Below the pieces are notes generated by a model, which saw only the letters and a list, made by a program, of their open reading frames with translations, had not been told where the DNA came from and made no database searches. This document shows positions 40,562-50,315 of a stretch of DNA of 64,000 nt, piece after piece (the stretch's first letter is position 1; each line of letters starts with the position of its first letter). A program made the translations under genes and the position numbers. The DNA is from an uncultured Pseudoalteromonas sp. (GTDB taxonomy: Bacteria > Pseudomonadota > Gammaproteobacteria > Enterobacterales > Alteromonadaceae), in the NCBI RefSeq assembly GCF_963922945.1, contig NZ_CAWUKC010000010.1, positions 9,308 to 73,307 on the forward strand. The letters are read 5' to 3'.

Positions 40562-40590
40562 AGTATATTTACACAACTAATTATTGATAA
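40562..40590 (-). promoter_or_regulatory. Candidate sigma-70 promoter for the MATE leader (minus strand)
   Basis: On the minus strand, TTATCA (40590-40585), a 17-nt spacer, then TATACT (40567-40562). It lies upstream of the leader terminator, in the LysR-MATE divergent region. Confidence 0.4.
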
Positions 40591-40630
40591 TATAGTTATT
40601 TAAATAATCAGTTTATTGAAAAATTTGATA

Positions 40631-41527
40631 ATGAACATTGCTCATTTAAATCTGTTTGTCAGAATCGCAACAACACACAATATTAGCTTAGCTGGCAAGG
40701 AGTTAGGGTTATCGGCTGCGGTTTCGAGTGCACAAATTAATAAGCTTGAAGAAACGCTCGGCGTTAAACTTATTCACCGTACAACCCGAAAAGTGTCGTT
40801 AACCGAAGAAGGCCAAGCTTTTTTACCCCACGCCGAAGAAGTCCTTGCCAATATTGAAATGGCACGTGCCTCGGTAGGGATTGGCAGCGTAACACCACAA
40901 GGTAAATTACGCATTACCGCCCCCGCTTCGTTCGGGCGCATGCATATTATTCCTGCATTGGCTGGATTTATTGAACAATACCCTGACCTCACCATTGATT
41001 TGCGCCTAAGCGACAGCATTATTGATATGGTCGGCGGTGGTTTTGATATAGCAATACGCGATGCTTCCTTAAATGATTCAACCCTTATAGCTCGAAAAGT
41101 TGCCCGCGATAAACGCTTAATTTGCGCATCGCCTAATTACCTTGCAAAACATGGCACGCCAAAAACGCCGCAAGATTTAAAAGGTCATACTTGCGTTAAT
41201 TTACATGGGTTAACTACATGGTCGTTCATTACACCCGAGGGCACACAAAACATTAAAACCAATAATGTATTACAAGCCGACAACGGTGAAGCGGTGCGCG
41301 ATGCGTGTGTGCAAGGCTTAGGTATTACCTTAATGTCGAGCTGGTGTGCGTATAAAAAATTACAAAGCGGCGAGCTGGTACAAATTTTACAAGACTACCC
41401 ACTTGCATCCGACACTGCTATTTGGAGTGTTTACCCAAGTTCGCGTTTGTTAGCGCCAAAAGTAAGGGCCTTTATAGACTACTTTAGTGGCTACTTTGGT
41501 GACGAACCCTACTGGGAAAAAATATAA
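40631..41527 (+). CDS. LysR-family transcriptional regulator
   Basis: The N-terminal HTH reads MNIAHLNLFVRIATTHNISLAGKELGLSAAVSSAQINKLEETLGVKLIHRTTRKVSLTEEG. I prefer the ATG at 40631 over the TTG at 40616. The gene is divergent from the MATE gene. Confidence 0.9.
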   Translation: MNIAHLNLFVRIATTHNISLAGKELGLSAAVSSAQINKLEETLGVKLIHRTTRKVSLTEEGQAFLPHAEEVLANIEMARASVGIGSVTPQGKLRITAPASFGRMHIIPALAGFIEQYPDLTIDLRLSDSIIDMVGGGFDIAIRDASLNDSTLIARKVARDKRLICASPNYLAKHGTPKTPQDLKGHTCVNLHGLTTWSFITPEGTQNIKTNNVLQADNGEAVRDACVQGLGITLMSSWCAYKKLQSGELVQILQDYPLASDTAIWSVYPSSRLLAPKVRAFIDYFSGYFGDEPYWEKI

Positions 41528-41546
41528 ATATTTAGCCGTAAAATAT

Positions 41547-41575
41547 AAAAGCACAAACCTAGGTTTGTGCTTTTT
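41547..41575. terminator. Bidirectional terminator between the LysR and DUF465 genes
   Basis: AAAA-GCACAAACC-ta-GGTTTGTGC-TTTTT. Confidence 0.85.
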
Positions 41576-41614
41576 ACGTTTTGCGCTTTAATCTTCAAGT
41601 TTCAAACAAAACGA

Positions 41615-41854
41615 TTATTTACTAATTAAACGCTTATAAATGATGTCTTTTAGTACTGCACGATCATGCTTTAACTGATGCATTGCTTCGTCATCAATTG
41701 GCGCATTTTCAAGTTCTAACTCGCGAATTTGTGTATCCAATGCGTTGTATTTTTCAACTTGCTGTGCAAATTTTGCATCACTTTTAATAAGCGATGTGAG
41801 TGTGTCTGTGTACTGTGGAAATTCGTTCGCTACTGAGTGGTTTTCGCCTAACAT
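41615..41854 (-). CDS. YdcH/DUF465-family small coiled-coil protein
   Basis: I prefer the internal ATG at 41854, with a GGAG Shine-Dalgarno. The sequence MLGENHSVANEFPQYTDTLTSLIKSDAKFAQQVEKYNALDTQIRELE...L.LK matches the DUF465 pattern. Confidence 0.7.
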   Translation of the reverse strand: MLGENHSVANEFPQYTDTLTSLIKSDAKFAQQVEKYNALDTQIRELELENAPIDDEAMHQLKHDRAVLKDIIYKRLISK

Positions 41855-41989
41855 AATTGTGCTCCGTTGTTTTAATAGGTAACCCCTTGGGCATATAAAA
41901 TAGTAGCAACTAACCTTTATTTTTATAATACCCATTATAAAAGAGTTACTTTATTGAATAATTTGATAATAGCTTGATATAAACTAACG

Positions 41990-43837
41990 CTAAGTTGGAT
42001 TTTTAGCCCTCCAGGCGTTATCCGTCGCTCTTAGGTTTTCGCTATCTATACTCATTACTTGCTCAAGATGCTGATGATGCTGCTTATACGCCGATATATA
42101 GCTTTCTTGCTCGTTGCGACTTTTATAAAGCTCAGGCATTACATAGGCATCTTTTTGTTTAAACAAGCGTTGTAACCGGAAAGCCTCATAGGGCTCTACG
42201 CCTAATGCTTCTAAAGCGGCTTGCCCCATTTCTAGTGCGCTACCAAATGTTTCTCGGTGAATGCTATTAAGGCTGCTATCCATCAGTTCAAACTCTGCTT
42301 CGCGGTTGTATGCACTAATTACTATTTTAAGCCACGGAAAATGCTTTTTAGCCAGCTCAGCCAAATGTTTGGCTTGCTGAGTATTGCTCATGGTAATGAC
42401 CAGTAGTTCTGCCGATGCCGCCCCTGCTGCATGAAGTAAATCTAATCGCGTGGCATCGCCATAATAAACCTCAAAGCCGAGTTTTCTGAGTAGGTTAACG
42501 TTGTTAGCATCGTTATCTAAAATAACGGGCTTAATACCTGAAGATATTAAAAAGCGGCCAAGGTCTGTGCCTAAACGGCCAAAGCCTGCCAAAATAACAC
42601 GATGATTTTGCTGTGCTATGGTATCGGGCTCTGAGCTTTGTGCCGGTATTGCTTGGTTTTGTGCTAAAAACTTATCATGAAAAATAAATAACAACGGCGC
42701 TAAAAACATTGAAATAGCCACCGCTGATATAAGCGGGTCAATCACGTTATTAGCTAATACACCGTTATTTTTTGCAAATTGAAATAACACAAACGCAAAC
42801 TCCCCACCTTGCGCTAAGGCAATGGCAAATAACGAGCGCGCCCCCGAGCTAATTTTAAATAACTTGCCAACAATTACTAATACCAACCACTTTATGGCAA
42901 TTAAGCCTGTTGTTAAACCAAGGATTAGTAATAGATTAGCGCCAATTAACGCAAAGTTTAAACTCGCCCCAATGGAGATAAAAAATATACCCAGTAGCAA
43001 GCCTTTAAAGGGTTCTATGTCACTTTCAAGTTCGTGTCTAAATTCGCTGTCGGCAAGTACCACACCAGCTAAAAAAGCCCCAAGCGCCGGCGATAACCCT
43101 ACCGCCAGCATTAACAAAGAGGTACCAATAACCAAAGCAAGCGCAGCAGCAACAAACACTTCGCGAATACCGGTTTTTGCTATGGCTCTAAATATAGGCT
43201 GGCTGGCAAATTTACCAATTAAAAATACCGCAAAAATAGCCGCAAGAGTCAGTATCACTCGCAAATAATTAGGCAACGTTGTTATATCAAAAAGCACAGA
43301 GCTGTGGTGCGAGCCGCCCGCTATAGCAAATGTTGCCAGTAACGGCAATGCTGCAAGCATAGGAATAACCGCTAAATCTTGAAACAACAATACAGCAAAC
43401 ACACTGCGTCCTGCTTCGGTATTCATTTGGCCTTTTTCTTGAAGGGTTTGTAGCACAATAGCGGTAGACGATAACGACACGATTAAACCAACCGCTAATG
43501 CTTGCTGCCACGGTAAAAATATTAGCGAAATAGCACTAATAATAATGCTTGTAACAATTACCTGCGAGCCACCAATACCTAAAATAGGCAGCTTTAATTG
43601 CCACAATAAAGACGGTTTAAGTTCAAGCCCAACTAAAAATAGCATCATTACTACGCCAAATTCAGTAAAGTGCATAATGGCTTCTACATCACCAATTAAC
43701 GAGGCGCCAAAAGGGCCAATAATAATACCGGCAATTAAATAACCCAGCACTGACCCTAGGCCTAATTTTTTAGCTATGGGAACCGCAATGGCTGCAGCGG
43801 CTAAAAATATAAATACTTGAAGTAAAAAACCTTCCAT
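41990..43837 (-). CDS. kefB: Glutathione-regulated K+/H+ efflux antiporter, KefB/KefC type (CPA2 plus C-terminal RCK/KTN domain)
   Basis: 615 aa with a CPA2 membrane domain and a Rossmann block [11 protein letters not shown] KefG/KefF-type gene lies immediately upstream. I cannot resolve B versus C assignment by eye. Confidence 0.85.
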   Translation of the reverse strand: MEGFLLQVFIFLAAAAIAVPIAKKLGLGSVLGYLIAGIIIGPFGASLIGDVEAIMHFTEFGVVMMLFLVGLELKPSLLWQLKLPILGIGGSQVIVTSIIISAISLIFLPWQQALAVGLIVSLSSTAIVLQTLQEKGQMNTEAGRSVFAVLLFQDLAVIPMLAALPLLATFAIAGGSHHSSVLFDITTLPNYLRVILTLAAIFAVFLIGKFASQPIFRAIAKTGIREVFVAAALALVIGTSLLMLAVGLSPALGAFLAGVVLADSEFRHELESDIEPFKGLLLGIFFISIGASLNFALIGANLLLILGLTTGLIAIKWLVLVIVGKLFKISSGARSLFAIALAQGGEFAFVLFQFAKNNGVLANNVIDPLISAVAISMFLAPLLFIFHDKFLAQNQAIPAQSSEPDTIAQQNHRVILAGFGRLGTDLGRFLISSGIKPVILDNDANNVNLLRKLGFEVYYGDATRLDLLHAAGAASAELLVITMSNTQQAKHLAELAKKHFPWLKIVISAYNREAEFELMDSSLNSIHRETFGSALEMGQAALEALGVEPYEAFRLQRLFKQKDAYVMPELYKSRNEQESYISAYKQHHQHLEQVMSIDSENLRATDNAWRAKNPT

Positions 43838-43839
43838 AG

Positions 43840-44448
43840 CTAATCCCTCCTTATAAGTTTATTTAAATCAGAGTTTAAAAATTCACTGTGCGCCAACTGC
43901 ACTGCATCTAATTTGCTATCTCGCAGTGCTAAAATAGCGCGGCGATATTGCTGAGCATAATTATGTACCTGCTCTGGAGCTAAACCACGGTGCACACCAT
44001 TAATTACAAACGGCGGTAAGCACTGCATTTTGCATAAATTAACCGTGGCTTTAAAAGGCGAAGTGAGCTGCTCAATAGTAAATTTATTTATACCCGTGGG
44101 CGTGTAGGTGTCGGCATCGCCCCCGGTTGTAATGGCCTGTAGCGCCAATTTATTTTTTAACGCATCTCCTTTTGAGCCGTACGCCCAATCGTGCTCAAGT
44201 ACTAGGTCAAACCACTGTTTAATAATGGCAGGGCTTGAGTACCAGTAAAAAGGATGCTGAAAAACAATAATGTCGTGTGCTTCGCACAGTGCTTGCTCGC
44301 GTTGCACATCAATCATCAGATCAGGGTAATGTGCGTATAAGTCATTAACAGTAACGCCTTCAAGGCCTTCTACGGCGCTGCGTAACCCTTTATTTATATT
44401 TGAGCGGGCAGCTGCTGGGTGAGCAAAAATAATGAGTACTTTTTTCAT
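43840..44448 (-). CDS. kefG: KefG/KefF-type flavodoxin-like NAD(P)H quinone oxidoreductase, Kef ancillary subunit
   Basis: 202 aa. The sequence [11 protein letters not shown]...S..N...[17 protein letters not shown] matches the KefF/KefG family. It ends 2 nt upstream of the kef gene. Confidence 0.8.
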   Translation of the reverse strand: MKKVLIIFAHPAAARSNINKGLRSAVEGLEGVTVNDLYAHYPDLMIDVQREQALCEAHDIIVFQHPFYWYSSPAIIKQWFDLVLEHDWAYGSKGDALKNKLALQAITTGGDADTYTPTGINKFTIEQLTSPFKATVNLCKMQCLPPFVINGVHRGLAPEQVHNYAQQYRRAILALRDSKLDAVQLAHSEFLNSDLNKLIRRD

Positions 44449-44542
44449 AGTTTATCGCCTATTGCGCTGTACAAGCAAAGCCTACAGCTGAAGTTAAATA
44501 AAATAAGGCGCACTGCTATGCACTGCGCCTTAGTTAAAGCCG

Positions 44543-45388
44543 TTATTTAACGTCTTGAATTGAAACCACCATGTCGGGCCAATTACGTTGGTTTTCCATG
44601 CTGTACTCTGCACCTTGCTCATCGGCGTATTTAAAACGTCTTAACGCAGGTGTTTGGCTTGTCGCTTGGTATAACCAGTAAGCTTCTGCGCGTAGCGCTT
44701 CTTGAATAGGTAGGTCGATTGACTCGTATACCGCTTGTTTAGTGGCATTAATCGACTCGCTTGGCCAAAGCGCAATGCGTTTTGCAAGTTTATCAACGTA
44801 TGGGCCTATTTCGTCTGGGTTTAGTGCGCGGTTAACGGTGCCGTAAAATTCGGCTTGGTCTGCGTCAAAGTCATCGGCACTCAGTACTATTTCAAGCGCT
44901 CGGCCTAAACCAGTTTGGCGGGCCATACGCGATGCACCACCACCACAAGGTAAAATACCCATGCCCACTTCCATTTGCATAAACTTAGCTTTACCGCGTG
45001 CAGCAAAGCGCATATCGCATGCAAGAGCAAACTCATGGCCGCCGCCTCGGGCAAAGCCTTCTATTTTTGCAATGGTTGCTTGCGGTAATCTACTAATGCG
45101 CTCTAGCACAACCTGAAGGTCGAGCAGTTTTACTTCATTTCGTGGAACAGCCTTATCAGACATGTCCTTTAAAAAGTCGGTATCGGCATGCGAAACAAAT
45201 ATTTCTGGGTGAGCCGATTGAAATACCACCACTTTAATTTGTTTATCGGCTTCTAACTTTTGTGCCAACATTGTTAAATCTGCAAGCATTGGTAAACCTT
45301 GAACATTTACCGGTGCATAGTCAAAAGTAACCGTTAAAATTCCATTATCTGCAATGGTATTGAATGTAGTAAACCCTTCGTATTTCAT
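44543..45388 (-). CDS. Enoyl-CoA hydratase/isomerase (crotonase) family protein
   Basis: 281 aa. It has crotonase blocks (VVVFQSA..., ARGGGHEFALACDMRFA) and an oxyanion-hole pattern. Confidence 0.85.
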   Translation of the reverse strand: MKYEGFTTFNTIADNGILTVTFDYAPVNVQGLPMLADLTMLAQKLEADKQIKVVVFQSAHPEIFVSHADTDFLKDMSDKAVPRNEVKLLDLQVVLERISRLPQATIAKIEGFARGGGHEFALACDMRFAARGKAKFMQMEVGMGILPCGGGASRMARQTGLGRALEIVLSADDFDADQAEFYGTVNRALNPDEIGPYVDKLAKRIALWPSESINATKQAVYESIDLPIQEALRAEAYWLYQATSQTPALRRFKYADEQGAEYSMENQRNWPDMVVSIQDVK

Positions 45389-45694
45389 AGAGTTATCCTT
45401 TGTTGTTTTGTGTAAATCAATAAACGTTAAATGTTGTTAGCAACAATCAAATGAACGATTTACATTCTAGTAACTAAAGATAAATTTGATAATATTGATA
45501 TTAAACGAATTAGTTTACTGTTATTTTTGATAATAATTGGTATTACTACCATCTCATTAGCAATTAGATCTGTATAATTTTTAAACCACTACTTTTTTGC
45601 GAGCTGATTTAAACCAGTAAATAAAACTTTCATTTTATTTGCACAATTTATTGCCATACTAAAACCTACGTATATAAATCGTTCTGGGGTAAGT

Positions 45695-46990
45695 ATGAAA
45701 TCAATAACACGAAGTCGCTTAAAAGCGCCTAGCGTTAACACGACAAAGACTAAGCTCGCATTTTGTTTGCTTGGTGCCACGCTACTTTTATCTGCATGTG
45801 GTGAACACGATAAAAACGACGATACGGCAGCTACCTCTCAAGAAATAACGGCCAAAAACACGCTTATTAATACCGATACATTTAATATTAAAGCCATGGT
45901 AAAGCTGCCACAAACTGTAGATTGCACGCTTGAAAACGGCATACAAACCCAGTGCGCTCAAGTGGTTTTAAAATATCAGCCCGACAATATTGAAGTCGGT
46001 CCTTTTTGCCCAAAAACACTCGACGACACTGGCGGAATTTGGGATTGGGATGGCACCGATGCAGGCCTATATAGATTAGATAAAGCGTTTTTAACCATGC
46101 TTAACGAGCAAGGTTTTACCTTTTACGATGAAAACGGCAACGTACATATTGTTGATAACGCAACCATTCGCCCTACCGTTGATCATGCATGTATTAATGT
46201 ATCGGTAGATAAAAGCGTAGAAATTACTGCCCTTTTACCACTGCACCCTGTAATGTCTGAGCAATCAACAGCGTTGGGCACAGTATCTAAAGTGGGTATA
46301 GCGCTTGCTGGCGTGCCTATATTTTCGGATGCGCCAAGCGTGCAACATACAGGGCATTTACCCGCGCTAGATACGTGCGCAGGCCATATTGATCCAGGTG
46401 GTTGGTACCATTACCACGGTACCGCCAGTGATATAGACAGCGTATATAAACACGAACATGTAAACGCCAACTGTAATAATTTAACGCAAAAGCCAAGCGC
46501 CCTATTTGGTTATGCCTTTGATGGTTATCCAATTTACGGAAGCCAAGAAATTGATGGTACAACCCCTGTCGAGCTTGATAACTGTAATGGCCACACCGGC
46601 CCTACAGGTGAAAGCGGAACATTTACTTACCACTACCATGCAAGTAATACATTCCCTAACTTACCTAAATGCTTAAAAGGCGTGGTTGCGCAAAACAACT
46701 TTATGACTACTGCACAAGCGGGTGTAGGGGCTAAACCGCCCGAAGGTACAAAAATAACACGCCATGAGCCACCTGGTGGCGGTGGCCCAAAAGCGCAGGG
46801 CCCTAATGGCGGCATGTCACCACCTGGGTTTGCTGAGGCTGCTAAAAAGCTAGGCGTTAGCGAAAAGGCACTCATGCAAGCAATGCAAGATGCCGGCGGC
46901 CCTAATGTCGATTTAACAGTTGTAGCAAAAGCACTTAACGTGACACCAGAGCAATTAAAAGCCGCCTTACCCGAAAAACCAAAACGCTAA
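45695..46990 (+). CDS. YHYH-domain lipoprotein with a Gly/Pro-rich linker and C-terminal helical repeats
   Basis: The lipobox reads LLSACGE. Diagnostic GGWYHYHG and FTYHYHAS motifs are present. The tail contains PPGGGGPKAQGPNGG and then two LGVSEKALMQAM / LNVTPEQLKAAL repeats. Confidence 0.75.
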   Translation: MKSITRSRLKAPSVNTTKTKLAFCLLGATLLLSACGEHDKNDDTAATSQEITAKNTLINTDTFNIKAMVKLPQTVDCTLENGIQTQCAQVVLKYQPDNIEVGPFCPKTLDDTGGIWDWDGTDAGLYRLDKAFLTMLNEQGFTFYDENGNVHIVDNATIRPTVDHACINVSVDKSVEITALLPLHPVMSEQSTALGTVSKVGIALAGVPIFSDAPSVQHTGHLPALDTCAGHIDPGGWYHYHGTASDIDSVYKHEHVNANCNNLTQKPSALFGYAFDGYPIYGSQEIDGTTPVELDNCNGHTGPTGESGTFTYHYHASNTFPNLPKCLKGVVAQNNFMTTAQAGVGAKPPEGTKITRHEPPGGGGPKAQGPNGGMSPPGFAEAAKKLGVSEKALMQAMQDAGGPNVDLTVVAKALNVTPEQLKAALPEKPKR

Positions 46991-47277
46991 TTAACCTGAA
47001 CTTTGGTTAAAAGGTTTATTATCCAAAGTTCTGGCTAAACATAAATTACGGCAAGTGTTAACAGCACTTGCCGTAACAATTAGTTACACTGCTTACAGCC
47101 TTATAAAAGTTCCTAAAATCGTCAAAAATGTGAGAAAACGTTGGCTTGTGTCAACAACAGTAATTGTTAGTAAAAAGCTGTAAACATGGCCGCGTTATCG
47201 GTTACATGTCAGTTACCATTCAGCTTAAAGCGCTAGTATTAAACCCAGTTATGTATCTACATACACGAGGCACTAGT

Positions 47278-48045
47278 ATGAAACTAACTCAATTACTCCC
47301 CACTCTACTTGCCATAAGTGCAGTATCTGGCGCTGCATATGCAGCACCCAGTGAGCGAGAACACGCAAAAAGTTTTAATAATGAGCGTGCAAAACGCATC
47401 GAATATAAACGAGATGAGCGCCGCGATGACAAAAAACAGCGTATAGAATATAAAAAAAACGACCGTAAAGAGCGCAAACAAGCCAAACGCGAGCACCGCA
47501 AAGAGCAAAAGCGCAAAATTGCCCACTACAAACAACAGCAACGCACTCGTAATTATTTTAAACATAATCGCCACAACGTAGTAACCTACCGGCCTGGGCA
47601 TTATTTTAATCACTTACCACGCAATAGTGCTTCAATCAGATTTAATGGCGTTACGTTTACTTTTAGTGATGGTATTTACTACAGAAAAGCAAAAAGAGGC
47701 TACCACGTCGTTAAGCCACCTAGAGGCTTAAGAATACGCTCTCTACCAAGGCATTATTCACACTTTAAACGCCATAATACCACTTATTATACCTACCAAA
47801 ATGTATATTACGTGGCAGATAATAACGGTTACCGAGTAGTTGATGAGCCTAAAATAGTGGTTAACAAAGCTATAAAGGTAGGCAGTGCTAAAAATTATGA
47901 GTTAGGCCAAACCTACGACACCCTCCCTATTTCGGCAGAGGCTGTCACGATTAACGAGCAACAATATTTTAAGTACCAAGATATTTATTTTTTACCGCAA
48001 ATAAATGGTGACGAAATAAAATATTTAGCGATAAATTTAGGTTAA
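47278..48045 (+). CDS. Secreted highly basic repeat protein of unknown function
   Basis: I prefer the ATG at 47278, with a GAGG Shine-Dalgarno and the signal MKLTQLLPTLLAISAVSGAAYA. It has tandem KRIEYKRDERRDDKK / QRIEYKKNDRKERKQ repeats. Three Y-rich repeats follow (GIYYRK..GYHVVKPP, NVYYVADNNGYRVVDEP, DIYFLPQ). Confidence 0.55.
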   Translation: MKLTQLLPTLLAISAVSGAAYAAPSEREHAKSFNNERAKRIEYKRDERRDDKKQRIEYKKNDRKERKQAKREHRKEQKRKIAHYKQQQRTRNYFKHNRHNVVTYRPGHYFNHLPRNSASIRFNGVTFTFSDGIYYRKAKRGYHVVKPPRGLRIRSLPRHYSHFKRHNTTYYTYQNVYYVADNNGYRVVDEPKIVVNKAIKVGSAKNYELGQTYDTLPISAEAVTINEQQYFKYQDIYFLPQINGDEIKYLAINLG

Positions 48046-48075
48046 CCCGCCCCCACAACTAAAGAGCAAGCGGCT

Positions 48076-48561
48076 TTATGCATCTTGCTCTTTTGACATT
48101 AAGTCGGCCATTCTCTTGTTAATTTCTTGCTCGCTTAAATCTTCTTTGTGGGTGCCTATGGTCCAAACATGCCCGAATGGGTCTTGTAGGGTGCCGGCTC
48201 TATCACCATAAAACTGGTCGTGCACTGGGCGTACTTCTGTAGCGCCCAGTTCAATGGCCTTTTTAAATACGCTATCTACATCCTCTACATAAAGCATTAA
48301 ACTTACCGGCGTTCCACCAAGTTTTTGTGGGCTTTTAAAAGACTCATCTGGACATGAGTCCGAAATCATAATGTGCGAGTCACCTATAATAATTTCAGCA
48401 TGGGCTATACCGCCCTCTGGCAGCGGCATTTGCATAACAAGTTGTGCATCAAATGCATCGCAATAAAAGCATATGGCTTGCTGAGCACCTTCTATAATTA
48501 AGTACGGTGTTACCGAACTAAACCCTTTGGGAATTGCTGAAACAGTCATAACGCTCTCCAT
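48076..48561 (-). CDS. VOC-family protein, PhnB-like (COG2764)
   Basis: 161 aa. The sequence VTPYLIIEGAQQAICFYCDAFDA...HAEIIIGDSHIMISD...FGHVWTI is typical of PhnB-like glyoxalase-fold proteins. Confidence 0.75.
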   Translation of the reverse strand: MESVMTVSAIPKGFSSVTPYLIIEGAQQAICFYCDAFDAQLVMQMPLPEGGIAHAEIIIGDSHIMISDSCPDESFKSPQKLGGTPVSLMLYVEDVDSVFKKAIELGATEVRPVHDQFYGDRAGTLQDPFGHVWTIGTHKEDLSEQEINKRMADLMSKEQDA

Positions 48562-48718
48562 TATTTTTTATGGGTGTATTATTTAGCCTAAAGGTTAAAA
48601 ATACTTCTTTCAACGTGTTAACTCATTTAAGTCACTATAATTAAATTAGCCAATTTGTAGTCAATAACTATACTAGCTGTAAAATATATCTTACTTTTAT
48701 TTGCTTAGGACTTTTATA

Positions 48719-49735
48719 ATGTTAGCTAAAATTAGCCTAGCCGCTACAAAGTATAAAGTTCTGAAATATTTAGTTTTAAGCTGGTGTGCTTTATTTGCCC
48801 ACCAAAGCGTGGCTAAAGTTGTGATTGCCATTGTAGGTAAAACAAAAAACGACTCTTTTTATCAGCAAGCCTTTAAAGGCTGTTTGCACTTTAGTAATGA
48901 TCACCCTGAAATAGAATGCAAATACGATGGGCCAAAAGACTTTCAAGACATTCGTAGCCAATCTATGGTCATTAATAGGTTAGTTGATCAAAAAATAGAT
49001 GGGCTAATTGTAGCAACAACCGACTCTCAGCATTTGGTCACTCGTTCATTAATGGCGCTTAAAAATAAAAACATTCCTGTTATAACGTTTGATTCTGACC
49101 TGCTAGAAAAACACCAACAGTACCGCCTAGCCTACGTAGGCAGTAACAACTTCGACTTTGGCGTTGCCTTAGGCGAGCAAGTAAAAAAACTGACCAACAA
49201 AGCAAATAATACGCTTTGCATGCAGTCGGGGCACCATACAACCCCAAACTTAAATAAACGTATTGCAGGTGTGAGGTATGCACTTTCTAAGCAATCAACT
49301 GAGCATTTATCTGGTCAAAATGGCTGGCGCGAACATAGTCGCTGCCCCTTATTTAGCTTAGGTAAGCGCGAAGAGTCACTAAAGCAGTTAATGCATTTAT
49401 TAAAAATGGACAACCCACCCATTTTTTTAGCTGTGGCGGGGTTTGCACAGTTTAACCCTCATTACGTAAATGCCTTAGCGCCTTTTAAGCAACGTATAGC
49501 CGATAAAGACATTATTATTGTTTCTGCCGATACAGAAGAAATACAGCTCAATGTGTTAAGCAGGGGGCTCTCTTCAGCTAACATAGGGCAAAACCCTTTT
49601 GAAATGGGCCGCTTGAGCACCAAGCTAATGCACGACTACATTTTATATAATAAAAAGCCTGCGCAATCTCACTACTACACCGACTTTCATTACTGTACCC
49701 AAAGCAACGCCTCACAGTGCACTGTTAATCATTAA
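48719..49735 (+). CDS. Periplasmic sugar-binding-domain protein (Peripla_BP_4 / RbsB-LsrB-like), orphan
   Basis: Signal peptide, then VVIAIVGKTKNDSFYQQ...IDGLIVATTD...IPVITFDSDL. No ABC permease or ATPase gene is adjacent. The start is taken as the ATG at 48719. Confidence 0.65.
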   Translation: MLAKISLAATKYKVLKYLVLSWCALFAHQSVAKVVIAIVGKTKNDSFYQQAFKGCLHFSNDHPEIECKYDGPKDFQDIRSQSMVINRLVDQKIDGLIVATTDSQHLVTRSLMALKNKNIPVITFDSDLLEKHQQYRLAYVGSNNFDFGVALGEQVKKLTNKANNTLCMQSGHHTTPNLNKRIAGVRYALSKQSTEHLSGQNGWREHSRCPLFSLGKREESLKQLMHLLKMDNPPIFLAVAGFAQFNPHYVNALAPFKQRIADKDIIIVSADTEEIQLNVLSRGLSSANIGQNPFEMGRLSTKLMHDYILYNKKPAQSHYYTDFHYCTQSNASQCTVNH

Positions 49736-49797
49736 ACTTTACTCGGTTGAGGGGATGCCTTTTAAGTACAATACAATGCATTATAGCCAGCGTATTA

Positions 49798-50268
49798 TTA
49801 CTCTAAGTTTAAGCGTTGGTACCCTGCTGCAATGCTTTCATCGGGGCATTCATCAAATTGCTTATCGGGCTTTTGGATATGCGGGGTTACCCAACTAGCT
49901 TTACTGGCAAGCATTAAATGAGTGCGCTCTGGCGGTATGGGTAATTCGCTGTCTATTGCACTAGCAAAGGGATGAACTAACTCAGGCCAACGTGCGTCAT
50001 ACAGCCATAAATTACTACTACAATGTTTACAAAAATGGCACTCTGCAGGGCTGGTTGTATCTCCTATTTTGGCATGATAAACCGTAATATGTTTACGCCC
50101 TATTACCTCAAGCGTGTCGTATTGCGCATTTAAATTAATCACAAACCCGCCACTTCCTGTGGTTTTAAGGCAAATAGAGCAGTAGCATAAACTGTAAGGG
50201 TAAGGATGTTTAGAGCTCACACTAAACGTTACTTTGCCACAGTGACAAGCGCCATCAAGTTTCTTAAT
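49798..50268 (-). CDS. GFA (glutathione-dependent formaldehyde-activating / CENP-V-like) zinc-binding domain protein; start codon uncertain
   Basis: Cys-rich motifs are present (CYCSICLKTTG, CHFCKHCSSNLW). The frame is open upstream of the track start (GTG 50220) back to 50280. That extension encodes KLDGACHCGKVTF, the usual GFA N-terminal CxC motif, but it contains only non-canonical start candidates (ATT at 50268). Confidence 0.6.
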   Translation of the reverse strand: MKKLDGACHCGKVTFSVSSKHPYPYSLCYCSICLKTTGSGGFVINLNAQYDTLEVIGRKHITVYHAKIGDTTSPAECHFCKHCSSNLWLYDARWPELVHPFASAIDSELPIPPERTHLMLASKASWVTPHIQKPDKQFDECPDESIAAGYQRLNLE

Positions 50269-50315
50269 AAACCCTAATATTTAGTTGTAAGTTAATACCA
50301 TAACGAGTCAGCCAT

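Noticed and set aside
40616-40630. A TTG-initiated 5-codon N-terminal extension of the LysR gene, as given in the ORF track
   Set aside because: The ATG at 40631 gives the standard LysR N-terminus (MNIAHLNLF...). The extension is unnecessary, but it cannot be excluded.
45589-45780. A 63-aa minus-strand ORF overlapping the YHYH gene start
   Set aside because: It overlaps the signal-peptide region of a well-supported gene in antisense, and it has no ribosome binding site.
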